64,000 nt of DNA from Candidatus Omnitrophota bacterium. GTDB taxonomy: Bacteria > Omnitrophota > Gorgyraeia > Zapsychrales > Fredricksoniimonadaceae. Location of the stretch: assembly GCA_015232565.1 (NCBI GenBank), contig JADFZK010000010.1:987-64986 (forward strand), read 5' to 3'. The notes under the pieces were generated by a model. That model was not told the origin of the DNA, made no database searches, and worked only from the letters and a program-made list of their open reading frames with translations. The translations under genes were made by a program, and so were the position numbers. Positions 9,428 through 17,719 of the stretch are shown here, in pieces (position 1 is the stretch's first letter; the number at the start of each line of letters is the position of its first letter).

Positions 9428-10336
9428 TCAGGTGAGGGTATAAGGATTGCCGGTATTTAGCGCCGCCGGAATAAACGGATTCGCCCCCGCCCCGCCCTGG
9501 CCGGCATTAGGCGTACCGCTATTCAGCAAGGCCAGCGCCCGATTGATCGGCGTGGCATAACCGATACCCATATAGTTGTTCTCGGTAGCGCCGGCGGAGT
9601 TATTCACCCCCACCACCTCGCCCTTGATATTCACCAGCGGGCCGCCGCACGAACCCGGATAGATATTGATGTTCGTACGGAACTTGTTACTAAACTGCAG
9701 TCCAGCTACCGTGTAGGAATAATTATTATCGATGATCATGCCCGTCGCCATCAGGTTGCCGGTGCCGAAAGCATTGCCGGTGGCAAACACAATATCGCCG
9801 CGGTCCACCAGGTCGGAATTGCCAAATATGCCGACAGACTGAAAGTCCACATTGTTGGTTACCTGCAAGACCACCAGGTCACTGGCCGCGTCCCGCCGGC
9901 AAACTGCCACCGGATAACGCACCGGTTGAGCCCCGCTGGTCGCCACGAACAAATCACCGCCGCCCTGCACAATGTGCGCATTGGTCAAAACTATTTGCCG
10001 GGAAATGATCACGCCCGAACCCAGCAACTGCGGCTGGGCCTGGCCGGCCAGGTTAACATAAATGCTGACGGTGATGCGGTTCATGACATCCGCCACCTGG
10101 TTATAGGTATTCTCCAAAGCCCCGGTATTCATACCCGGCGCGGCTCCGGCCATGATCTGCCCGCCGCCCTGAGCCGGCGCAATAGCCACCGGTCCCGGTA
10201 CGGCTGTAACGGCCTGCCCCTGGGGGCCCGCCGCCGCGGCCTTGGGCCTGGACGAACAAGCCACCACCGCCAAAAGCACCAGCACACCCCCCGCCCAAAG
10301 CCATAATATTTTTTGTGAATCGTCTTTCTTCATCAC
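9428..10336 (-). CDS. Membrane-anchored trypsin-like (S1C/HtrA-type, no PDZ) protease paralog with Cys at the nucleophile position
   Basis: His is at LTNAHIV and Asp at ASDLVVLQ. At the position aligning with the canonical nucleophile motif GNSGGPL the sequence reads PGSCGGPLVN. The paralog at 15966..16892 has GSSGGPL there. Confidence 0.7.
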   Translation of the reverse strand: MMKKDDSQKILWLWAGGVLVLLAVVACSSRPKAAAAGPQGQAVTAVPGPVAIAPAQGGGQIMAGAAPGMNTGALENTYNQVADVMNRITVSIYVNLAGQAQPQLLGSGVIISRQIVLTNAHIVQGGGDLFVATSGAQPVRYPVAVCRRDAASDLVVLQVTNNVDFQSVGIFGNSDLVDRGDIVFATGNAFGTGNLMATGMIIDNNYSYTVAGLQFSNKFRTNINIYPGSCGGPLVNIKGEVVGVNNSAGATENNYMGIGYATPINRALALLNSGTPNAGQGGAGANPFIPAALNTGNPYTLT

Positions 10337-10373
10337 CGCGCCCCCTTTTGGTTACTCTTGACTGACCAATCTT

Positions 10374-12296
10374 TTAGACCCTAACCAGCCTTCGGCCCTT
10401 GCCTTCGCGGACAGTGACCCCCTGCTCATCAAAATACTCCAGTATTGGCACCGCCTGGTTACGGGAAAAACCGGTAACCTGCCGGAACGCTCCCAACTCC
10501 ACCACCGGACATTTCTCAAACAAAACTTTAAGCTTTTTAAGGCCGGCATTCACCTCGGCCGCCGACAGCAAATAATGATCCGCCGCCACCACCAGCCCCT
10601 CCTCGATCAACAGCCGCACCAGGAACTGCATTTCCTGGTCGGTAGCATTCAACCGGGCCTGCAGGGGCGCATACGGCGCCACGCCGTGTTCCGCGCCCAG
10701 CACCGCTTTTAAGATCAGCTCCTTCTGCACCTCCTGCCGGGCGCTCAACTCCGGGCTGTAGCCTCTTAAAGCCAGAACATTCTTCTCGACCACAATACGT
10801 TCACTATCCAGAAAAAGCGCCCGGATCCCGTCCCAACAAGCCGGATCCAGCCCCAGTGCGGAGCAGGCCTGCGCGCCGGGCATACCGCGGGCCGCCTTAT
10901 TGTCTTTATGATAACGGGCCAGTACGGCCGCCAGTTTCTCCTCCAGTTCCGCCACCCGATCAGCGGCAATCCACTGTGCCGGACCGACCGGCCGAAGAAC
11001 CCCGGCTTCCACCTTGGCAGCGACAATAGCCCGGCTGTTAACATTACCCGCCAACCCGGGCAGCACGCTGGAGTCAATGATCGTAAAACAACCCGCCAAA
11101 AGCTCGCTTTGAAACGGATCCTGCCCGGCGGCCGCCTGCCGCGCCCGTTCCAGCCTTTCCGGCGTCAAATAGGCCTTCTTCCGGCGCGGATCCACATTAC
11201 AGCTCAGGATCACCCCGCCGGCAATAGTCGCCGCCGGAGAAAGTGTGCGCAAAAGGAACCGGTCGCCCGCCGCCACCACCATCGGCTCGCCGGACTCCAC
11301 CTGCATGAACCCCTCCTCGCCGGGGCCCAGCGTATTGCGCCCCGTCAACAAACCCCACACCACCCGGGTAAACGTGCCGCAACAAAAACGCATTTCCTGC
11401 CGACGCTTGATGACCGCCGATTCATGCACATTGCGGACCGCCAGCACCAGCGCACCGGTCTCCTTAAAAACACCCGGTGCCGCCAGCGTCATACCGCGCT
11501 TGATGGCCGACGCCTTTATATCCCGGATAGTAATGGCCGAACAGGTATGCGCCTCGGCCTCCCGGGCATCATAACCATATTTCTGCACCGCCCGGCAAGC
11601 CGTGGCCACCGGGCCGGGAAAAAGTTCCAGCTTATCCCCCACCGCACAGCGCCCCGACAAAGGTATCCCGGTAACCACCGTTCCCACGCCCGGCGGAGAA
11701 AAAACCCGCTCGATATCCATGCGGAACGCCCGTTCGGCCGCCGGCGCCCGGGACACCACGCCCACCAGGCGCTCGATCTCCCGGCGCACATCCTCCAGGC
11801 CCTCGCCCGTCCGGTTGGACAGCAAAACCACCCGGGCCGGGCCAAAACCGTTGGCCGCCAGAAAAGCCGCCACCGCTTCTTTAACTTCCTGCTGCCGGGC
11901 AGACGTTACCAGGTCGATCTTGGTGATCACCGCCATTACTTGCGGCGCACCCAGCAAACTGACGATCTTTAAATGCTCGACCGTTTGCGGCATAATGCCG
12001 TCGTCGGCAGCCACTACCAGCACCAGCACATCAATAGCCGACGCCCCGGCCACCATGTTCTTGATAAAATCTTCATGCCCCGGCACATCAATAATACCCA
12101 CCATCCGCTCGCCCGAAAGCCGGCAGGGCGCAAAGCCCAGATCGATGCTCATCCCCCGCTGTTTTTCCTCGGGCAGGCAGTCGGTATCGCAACCGGTCAA
12201 CAATTTAACCAGCGCGGTCTTGCCGTGATCCACATGCCCGGCAGTGCCCACCATTACCGGCACGACCCTTAATTCCTGTTGACCCGGCACGCTCAT
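10374..12296 (-). CDS. selB: Selenocysteine-specific elongation factor SelB
   Basis: The GTP-binding motifs GTAGHVDHGKT and DVPGHEDF are present. A long C-terminal extension with winged-helix-like repeats follows. The gene is adjacent to selA and tRNA-Sec. Confidence 0.9.
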   Translation of the reverse strand: MSVPGQQELRVVPVMVGTAGHVDHGKTALVKLLTGCDTDCLPEEKQRGMSIDLGFAPCRLSGERMVGIIDVPGHEDFIKNMVAGASAIDVLVLVVAADDGIMPQTVEHLKIVSLLGAPQVMAVITKIDLVTSARQQEVKEAVAAFLAANGFGPARVVLLSNRTGEGLEDVRREIERLVGVVSRAPAAERAFRMDIERVFSPPGVGTVVTGIPLSGRCAVGDKLELFPGPVATACRAVQKYGYDAREAEAHTCSAITIRDIKASAIKRGMTLAAPGVFKETGALVLAVRNVHESAVIKRRQEMRFCCGTFTRVVWGLLTGRNTLGPGEEGFMQVESGEPMVVAAGDRFLLRTLSPAATIAGGVILSCNVDPRRKKAYLTPERLERARQAAAGQDPFQSELLAGCFTIIDSSVLPGLAGNVNSRAIVAAKVEAGVLRPVGPAQWIAADRVAELEEKLAAVLARYHKDNKAARGMPGAQACSALGLDPACWDGIRALFLDSERIVVEKNVLALRGYSPELSARQEVQKELILKAVLGAEHGVAPYAPLQARLNATDQEMQFLVRLLIEEGLVVAADHYLLSAAEVNAGLKKLKVLFEKCPVVELGAFRQVTGFSRNQAVPILEYFDEQGVTVREGKGRRLVRV

Positions 12297-13687
12297 TACA
12301 GCTCTCCCCTGGCCAGGCACTGCAATTGCCGGGCCACCACCAGCTCTTCGCCCGCAAACAAGGTGCGCATATCAAAATATAAAGCGTTAGCCTTGACCCG
12401 GCAGAACACCGAAGGCAAGCCGGCCCTGAGATATTCCGCCGCCGCTTCCACTCCCGGCAAGCCGGCTTCGGCCTGAGCAAAACTGACCCGCACCACCCGG
12501 GTGGGTATGCCCTCATCGGGCAAGGACCCGCTGCCAACATACGCCACATCATCTTCCACCACCGCCGTAACCCCGGGCTCGGCGGCCAGGGCCCGCACAA
12601 GGACCGCCGCCCGCGCATCCAGCTCCGGGCGGGACACACTTAACATCTGGTAGAAAGGCAAAGCCTCGCGGTAAGTGTCATTTACAAAATGCAATAAGGT
12701 GGCCTCCAGCGCCGCCAGGGTAAGCTTGCACACCCGGAACATCCGCGCAAAAGGATTCCGGCGTATGCGCTCGATATATTCTTTTTTACCGCAAATGATC
12801 CCCGACTGGGGGCCGCAGATCAGTTTGTCGCCGCTAAAACACACCACTGCCGCTCCGGCGGATAACGAGGCCCGCACCAGCGGCTCATCGGCCAGGCCAA
12901 AGCCCGACAGCGGCACCAGCGACCCACTGCCGATATCGTCTATTACCGGCAGGCCCTTCTGCCGCCCCAGCCCGCACAGGCCGGCGATATCCGGCACGCC
13001 GGCAAAACCGCGCACCCGGAAATTGGAAGTATGCACATGGATCAAGGCGCCGGTATTCTCGTTGATCGCCCGCTCATAATCATGCAAATGCGTGCGGTTG
13101 GTGGTGCCGACCTCGCGCATGCTGACCTGGCTTTGGGCCATCACATCCGGCATGCGGAATTCTCCGCCGATCTCAATAAGCTGGCCGCGGCTGATGATCA
13201 CCTGCCGGCCTGCCGCCAGGGTATTAAGCACCAGCATGGTAGCCGCCGCGTTATTGTTCACCACCGTTGCGGCCTCACAACCGGTCAGCTCGACCAGCAA
13301 CCGCTCCACTTTTTCCTCACGCAAAGAACGTTTCCCGGAAGCCAGCCCGGTCTGCAGGACCGAATAGGCCCCCATCCCGCCCAGCGCCGCCACCGCCTCC
13401 CGGCATAATGGAGAACGCCCCAGCCCGGTGTGCAGTAAAACGCCGGCCGCATTTACCGCCGCACGCCCCTCGGGAGCCGCCAGGCGCGTGAGCCGCTTGC
13501 GCAAACCGGCGGCCAGTTCACCATCCCCGGGAATACCGGCCAACGCCCCCGCATTTATCCGGGCGCGCAGGCCATCGAGCAAAGCGCGCAATTCCAGCTT
13601 GACCGCGCCATTGCCAAATTCCCGGCCCAGCGCGCGCACCGCATCGAGTTCCAATAATGCGGACACTGCCGGGATCTGCTTTAATAA
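12296..13687 (-). CDS. selA: L-seryl-tRNA(Sec) selenium transferase SelA (start uncertain, probably non-ATG)
   Basis: The motifs VVNNNAAA, LIEIGGEFRMPDVM, EVGTTNRTH and SFSGDKL are SelA signatures, including the PLP-lysine region. The first 41 codons of the listed ORF (12296..13810) overlap tRNA-Sec, so the real start must lie at or below 13687. A GTG at 13669 is one candidate. Confidence 0.85.
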   Translation of the reverse strand, partial: LLKQIPAVSALLELDAVRALGREFGNGAVKLELRALLDGLRARINAGALAGIPGDGELAAGLRKRLTRLAAPEGRAAVNAAGVLLHTGLGRSPLCREAVAALGGMGAYSVLQTGLASGKRSLREEKVERLLVELTGCEAATVVNNNAAATMLVLNTLAAGRQVIISRGQLIEIGGEFRMPDVMAQSQVSMREVGTTNRTHLHDYERAINENTGALIHVHTSNFRVRGFAGVPDIAGLCGLGRQKGLPVIDDIGSGSLVPLSGFGLADEPLVRASLSAGAAVVCFSGDKLICGPQSGIICGKKEYIERIRRNPFARMFRVCKLTLAALEATLLHFVNDTYREALPFYQMLSVSRPELDARAAVLVRALAAEPGVTAVVEDDVAYVGSGSLPDEGIPTRVVRVSFAQAEAGLPGVEAAAEYLRAGLPSVFCRVKANALYFDMRTLFAGEELVVARQLQCLARGEL

Positions 13688-13782
13688 TGGCGGAGGTGTA
13701 TGGGAATCGAACCCACCAGGGGCTTTATCAGCCCCGCGACAGTTTTGAAGACTGCGAGCATCACCAGACACTGAACACCTCC
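13688..13782 (-). tRNA. selC: tRNA-Sec (selenocysteine, anticodon UCA)
   Basis: The minus-strand sequence is GGAGGTGT...CTTCAAAAC...GGTTCGATTCC...ACACCTCCGCCA. It has an 8-bp acceptor stem, a TCA anticodon, a long variable arm, a G discriminator and CCA, and is 95 nt long. Confidence 0.85.
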
Positions 13783-13922
13783 ACAATGTGCCAATTCTCC
13801 GGTCCCACAATGGCCGGGAGAAGTTAATTTATACCAACTGAATAATTTGTTCCGTTACGCTTATACCGCACTGCTGATACCCCGGCTTGAGCGCCATTCC
13901 CGATGGCGCGCAAATTGGTCGT

Positions 13923-14252
13923 TCACCTGCCGTTGATCCGGTTTATCAGGTCCCCCGGCTGGATCCCGGCCCGTGCGGCCGCCGAACCCGGCTCTACCGA
14001 CACCACCGTACCCTTGCCCTCCAGGACCACACCCATCGGTAAAGTAAGCGTATTGGACCGCAAGGCCACCATCTGCATGGCTGAGCCCGCCGTGCTATTT
14101 ACTGGCGTGACCGGTATACCGGCCAACGGCCTTTGCGCCGCCGGCAGGCCAGCCGGACGCTGGGACACCACCCCGAACACCAGCAACAAAACCACCAGAA
14201 AAATGATCGCGTTCACTCTATGCGCTTCCAGGTAATCGAATATTTCTTTCAT
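13923..14252 (-). CDS. Small membrane-anchored PDZ-domain protein
   Basis: The likely start is MKEIFDYL. It has one TM segment (AIIFLVVLLLVFGVV) and a PDZ-like C-terminus (GVVLEGKGTVVSVEPGSAAARAGIQPGDLINRING). Confidence 0.55.
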   Translation of the reverse strand: MKEIFDYLEAHRVNAIIFLVVLLLVFGVVSQRPAGLPAAQRPLAGIPVTPVNSTAGSAMQMVALRSNTLTLPMGVVLEGKGTVVSVEPGSAAARAGIQPGDLINRINGR

Positions 14253-14292
14253 AGGATCTTTCTGGCCGCCCAGGCCGCTGATTAAATTATCC

Positions 14293-14763
14293 TCACTTAA
14301 CCGTGAACGTCTTGGAGAAACCCGTCGGCCCGCCGGACTCGGTGAGCTGTCCGCTGTTATATTTGGTAAGCGCCTCCTGCACATTATTGGCCAGGCCGCC
14401 GAACACCTTGACCCCCCGGCGCATCAAATGCTCAAAAGGCTCGGGCCCCACATTCTTGGCGATCACCACCCCCACCCGCTCGCGCACCAGCAGGCGGGCC
14501 ACATGCAAACCCGCCTCATGGGTGGTATTTACAAAACGATTGGCCACAAAGATCGCCGTATTATGCTTGAAATCATAGACCGCAAAATAGGGCGCCCGCG
14601 AGAACACCGGCGATACCGGCGACAACAGCGAAGGCTCATCGGCCGGCACGGCCACCACATAAGGGAACACATGCGGCCGGAACGACAAAAGCATTACCGG
14701 GCTGAACAGCAGAAAAACGATCGGGATCAGAAAGTGATACCAGCTCAGTTTGATCGGCCCCAT
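14293..14763 (-). CDS. Membrane-anchored NifX/NafY-like (dinitrogenase FeMo-cofactor-binding domain, PF02579-type) protein
   Basis: One TM segment is followed by YVVAVPADEPSLLSPVSPVFSRAPYFAVYD...GVVIAKNVGPEPFEHLMRRGVKVF. This matches the HFGRAP.F.IYD...GIG..A...L...GI.V pattern. The start is refined to MGPIKL at 14763, giving a TAATG overlap with the upstream gene. Confidence 0.6.
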   Translation of the reverse strand: MGPIKLSWYHFLIPIVFLLFSPVMLLSFRPHVFPYVVAVPADEPSLLSPVSPVFSRAPYFAVYDFKHNTAIFVANRFVNTTHEAGLHVARLLVRERVGVVIAKNVGPEPFEHLMRRGVKVFGGLANNVQEALTKYNSGQLTESGGPTGFSKTFTVK

Positions 14764-15650
14764 TATTTCCCCCCGCGTGTGGTCTTTTTTAACGCCAGCT
14801 CTCTTTGCGGCAGGGCGCTGACCAGTTTTATGTGCTTGCAATCCGTACACTCCAGGCAACGGATACAATCCTTCATGTTCGGATCCTCATATACCTTCAT
14901 GCCTTCGGGGCATTTCTTCTGGCAAAGGTTGCACTCGGTACACCCGTCATCAACCTTGAGTTTCATAATGCTGACTTTATTGAAGAACGACCAGAACAGC
15001 CCCATCGGGCAAATGTACTGGCAGAACGGGCGCTTGGAAACCACGAACAGCCACAGCACCACTCCCAATATCGCCAGCTTCAGCGCGAACAACCAGCCCA
15101 CCGAACCCGGCTCAATTGTCGGCGCGCCAGTAGTAGGATTGATCGGATTCCATAATATCCACGGAATACCGGCAGTCACCGTGCCTACCGGGCACAATTT
15201 GGAGAACCAGTGCTCGGTAGTCAGGAACGGCAGGATAATTATGAAAATGATCAACATGATCCACGGCAAAACGCCCCAGTAATACGGTATGTCGATCTTG
15301 ACCGACTTGATCTTGTAAACCATTTCCTGGAACAGCCCCACCGGGCAAACCCAGCCGCAAACCATGCGGCCCACCAGTAATCCCACGATCATCAAATGCC
15401 CCACCAGAAAAAACGGAAACTGGTGGATAGCCGAATAGTGTTGCATGACCCCCAACGGGCAGGCGAAAGCCGCCGTGGGGCAAGAGTGGCAATACAGGAA
15501 CGGCAGGCACACGCTCTTGAACAGCCCCGTATAGATCTGGTTCTGGTAGATCACCGCCACGTAAACATTGGTAATGATCAGCCCGAAGAACTGGGTGGCC
15601 CGCCTAAAAGGATGTAACAGATTCATAATACGCCCATTAATGGTTAACAA
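14763..15650 (-). CDS. NapH/MauN-type polyferredoxin membrane protein (4Fe-4S)
   Basis: It has multiple TM helices with CxxxCP motifs (CHSCP, CGWVCPVG, CPVG, CPMG). The C-terminus carries two Cx2Cx2Cx3CP ferredoxin motifs (CTECNLCQKKCP and CIRCLECTDC). Confidence 0.7.
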   Translation of the reverse strand: MLTINGRIMNLLHPFRRATQFFGLIITNVYVAVIYQNQIYTGLFKSVCLPFLYCHSCPTAAFACPLGVMQHYSAIHQFPFFLVGHLMIVGLLVGRMVCGWVCPVGLFQEMVYKIKSVKIDIPYYWGVLPWIMLIIFIIILPFLTTEHWFSKLCPVGTVTAGIPWILWNPINPTTGAPTIEPGSVGWLFALKLAILGVVLWLFVVSKRPFCQYICPMGLFWSFFNKVSIMKLKVDDGCTECNLCQKKCPEGMKVYEDPNMKDCIRCLECTDCKHIKLVSALPQRELALKKTTRGGK

Positions 15651-15726
15651 TACTCCGCCCTTGACCGCCTTGACCCGCCCGGGGCACCCGGCCCCGCACG
15701 GCTCACTGAATGCCGATACACGACAG

Positions 15727-15879
15727 TCAGAGCGTGGATGAAGTCTGATAATCCTCGAAAGGATTGCCCAGCATTATCCCGATCACCGACAGTACCACCC
15801 CCACCGCCAGCACGATCCAGAACATCCGGCCGTCATCGGGCCCGATCAGCAACATGATCTTTTTTAGCTTGTCACCCAT
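15727..15879 (-). CDS. Small (50 aa) membrane protein, not in the ORF track
   Basis: It is preceded by a GAGGGG Shine-Dalgarno site. The translation is MGDKLKKIMLLIGPDDGRMFWIVLAVGVVLSVIGIMLGNPFEDYQTSSTL, and it fills the gap between coupled genes. Confidence 0.35.
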   Translation of the reverse strand: MGDKLKKIMLLIGPDDGRMFWIVLAVGVVLSVIGIMLGNPFEDYQTSSTL

Positions 15880-15965
15880 AACACCCCTCGTAAAACCGTT
15901 CCCCGTTCCGCTTTTCCCTAACCGCTTTTACCAGTGCACACGGCACCGGATCAAATTGGCGCCCC

Positions 15966-16892
15966 TCAGGCCACCGGCAAGGCGAACTGTTTATCGGCCA
16001 GCGCACCTCCCGGATACTGGCCGCCAGCCAGCACCGCGCTATCGGCCGCCGGCACACCGCTCTTTTGCAAAAGCGCCAGCGCCCGATTGATCGGCATGGC
16101 AAAACTTATGCCTGTGAACTTGCCCTGCGGGTTATACACCGCCGTATTAATACCCACGATATCGCCGTTGATGTTCGCCAGAGGCCCGCCGCTGGACCCG
16201 GGATAAGTGTAGGACTCCGTACGGATCATATTGTGATAGGTCATCCCGCCCACCGAGAACGATTGCGTACGGTCGCACACCACGCCGGTGGTAAAAACAT
16301 TCCCCGAACCAAACGCATTACCCATGGCAAAGACCAGGTCGCCGGCGCTCACGTTATCGGAATTCCCCAGGTCGGCCGACGGCAGAACCGTAAGCGTATC
16401 GATCTTCATCAAAGCCAGGTCATTGGCCTTATCCGACAGCACCATACTGGCCGCATAAGTCATTTCGGTATTAGTCGGAGTATAAACCGTCACCTGGATG
16501 TCCGTGGCACCGCCCACCACATGATAATTGGTAAGCATATACTGGTCGGCGATGATCACGCCCGAGCCGCTCACCTGCTCCGGCACCCCGTTGATGACCT
16601 TGCCGCCGGTGATGCGGGCGCAAATATGGTTCATATTATGCGCGATGTTGTTATACACCTTCTCCAGCGAAGCCGCCGACAGCGTGGGCGCGCCGCTGGT
16701 GTAAACCGGGTGCTTATAACCGATCCAGTGTTCGGCCATCTCGATCTGGAACATATGCCAGGCCATATTAAAATTGGCCACTATCGCCACCGGAACAATT
16801 ATGCCCGTCAAAAAAATTATCCAGACCGACAATTGCACATTGTCGCTAATATTAAACCAAGCCTTATTCGGTTGCTCTTTAGGGGATATCAT
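15966..16892 (-). CDS. Membrane-anchored trypsin-like serine protease (HtrA-type catalytic domain, no PDZ)
   Basis: The real start is MISPKEQ... at 16892, which makes an ATGA overlap with the upstream ATPase gene. His is at LTNYHVV, Asp at ANDLALMK, and the nucleophile motif reads GSSGGPLAN. Confidence 0.8.
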   Translation of the reverse strand: MISPKEQPNKAWFNISDNVQLSVWIIFLTGIIVPVAIVANFNMAWHMFQIEMAEHWIGYKHPVYTSGAPTLSAASLEKVYNNIAHNMNHICARITGGKVINGVPEQVSGSGVIIADQYMLTNYHVVGGATDIQVTVYTPTNTEMTYAASMVLSDKANDLALMKIDTLTVLPSADLGNSDNVSAGDLVFAMGNAFGSGNVFTTGVVCDRTQSFSVGGMTYHNMIRTESYTYPGSSGGPLANINGDIVGINTAVYNPQGKFTGISFAMPINRALALLQKSGVPAADSAVLAGGQYPGGALADKQFALPVA

Positions 16893-17716
16893 TGGACCGC
16901 CTCCAGGAATTTGCCTACCTCGGCCGAGGCGCCCGCCGTGCGCCGCGCCTGCCCGCAGGCGATCAGCGCGGCACCCCGCGCCGCGGTCATCTGCGGCGCT
17001 TCCGCAATGATCACGTTCCGGTCGAGCGCGTCGGAAAGCGCCCGCGCCATGCCCGGGATCAAGGCCACCCCTCCGGTAAAGACCACCGGGCCGTTTACCC
17101 GGCCGGCCAGCATGGCCACAATGCGCCGGGCCACCGAATGCTGTACCCCGGCCGCCAGATTGGCCGGCGCCTCTTCCGCGGCCAGCAGGCCCACGATCTC
17201 GGTCTCGGCAAAAACCGCGCACATACTGCTGATGATCGACGGACACGCCGCTTTTTCGGCCATTGCTCCCAGATCCTTAAGTCCAGTTTCCAGCCGCACC
17301 GCCACGATCTCCAGGAACCGCCCGGTTCCAGCCGCACACCGGTCATTCATCACAAAATCATAAACCAGTCCCCGTTCGTCGAGCCGGATCACTTTACTGT
17401 CCTGCCCGCCGATATCTATAATGGTGCGCGCGTTCGGCACCTGCGCTATCACGCCATAAGCCTGGCAGGTAATTTCGGTCACCGCGGCATCCGCCCATTC
17501 GACGGCACTGCGCCCGTAGCCAGTAGCGATCACCCGGGAAACATCCTCGCGCCCCAGGCCCGCCTGGCCCAGAACCTGTTTAAAAAGATCATGCGCCAGG
17601 GCCGCCTGCCGCACCCCCTGGTCGCAGATCCCGGAGGCGATCAACTGCCCAAGACCCTCATCGATGACCACCACCTTGATAGTGCGCGAACCCACATCCA
17701 CTCCGGCATATAACAT
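16889..17716 (-). CDS. BadF/BadG/BcrA/BcrD-type ATPase (HgdC-like activator of 2-hydroxyacyl-CoA dehydratase-type enzymes)
   Basis: The motifs GVDVGSRTIK, TGYGR, IIDIGGQDSKVI, FVMNDRCAAGTGRFLE, CAVFAETEIV and FTGGVAL give near-collinear motif conservation with HgdC. Confidence 0.85.
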   Translation of the reverse strand: MLYAGVDVGSRTIKVVVIDEGLGQLIASGICDQGVRQAALAHDLFKQVLGQAGLGREDVSRVIATGYGRSAVEWADAAVTEITCQAYGVIAQVPNARTIIDIGGQDSKVIRLDERGLVYDFVMNDRCAAGTGRFLEIVAVRLETGLKDLGAMAEKAACPSIISSMCAVFAETEIVGLLAAEEAPANLAAGVQHSVARRIVAMLAGRVNGPVVFTGGVALIPGMARALSDALDRNVIIAEAPQMTAARGAALIACGQARRTAGASAEVGKFLEAVQ

Positions 17717-17719
17717 AAA

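Noticed and set aside
10908-11972. 354-aa plus-strand ORF, plus similar long antisense ORFs such as 16065..17363 and 16892..17713
   Set aside because: They are Arg/Pro/His-rich and low-complexity translations antisense to well-supported genes (selB, the trypsin-like protease at 15966..16892, and the HgdC-like ATPase). This is typical of high-GC open antisense frames.
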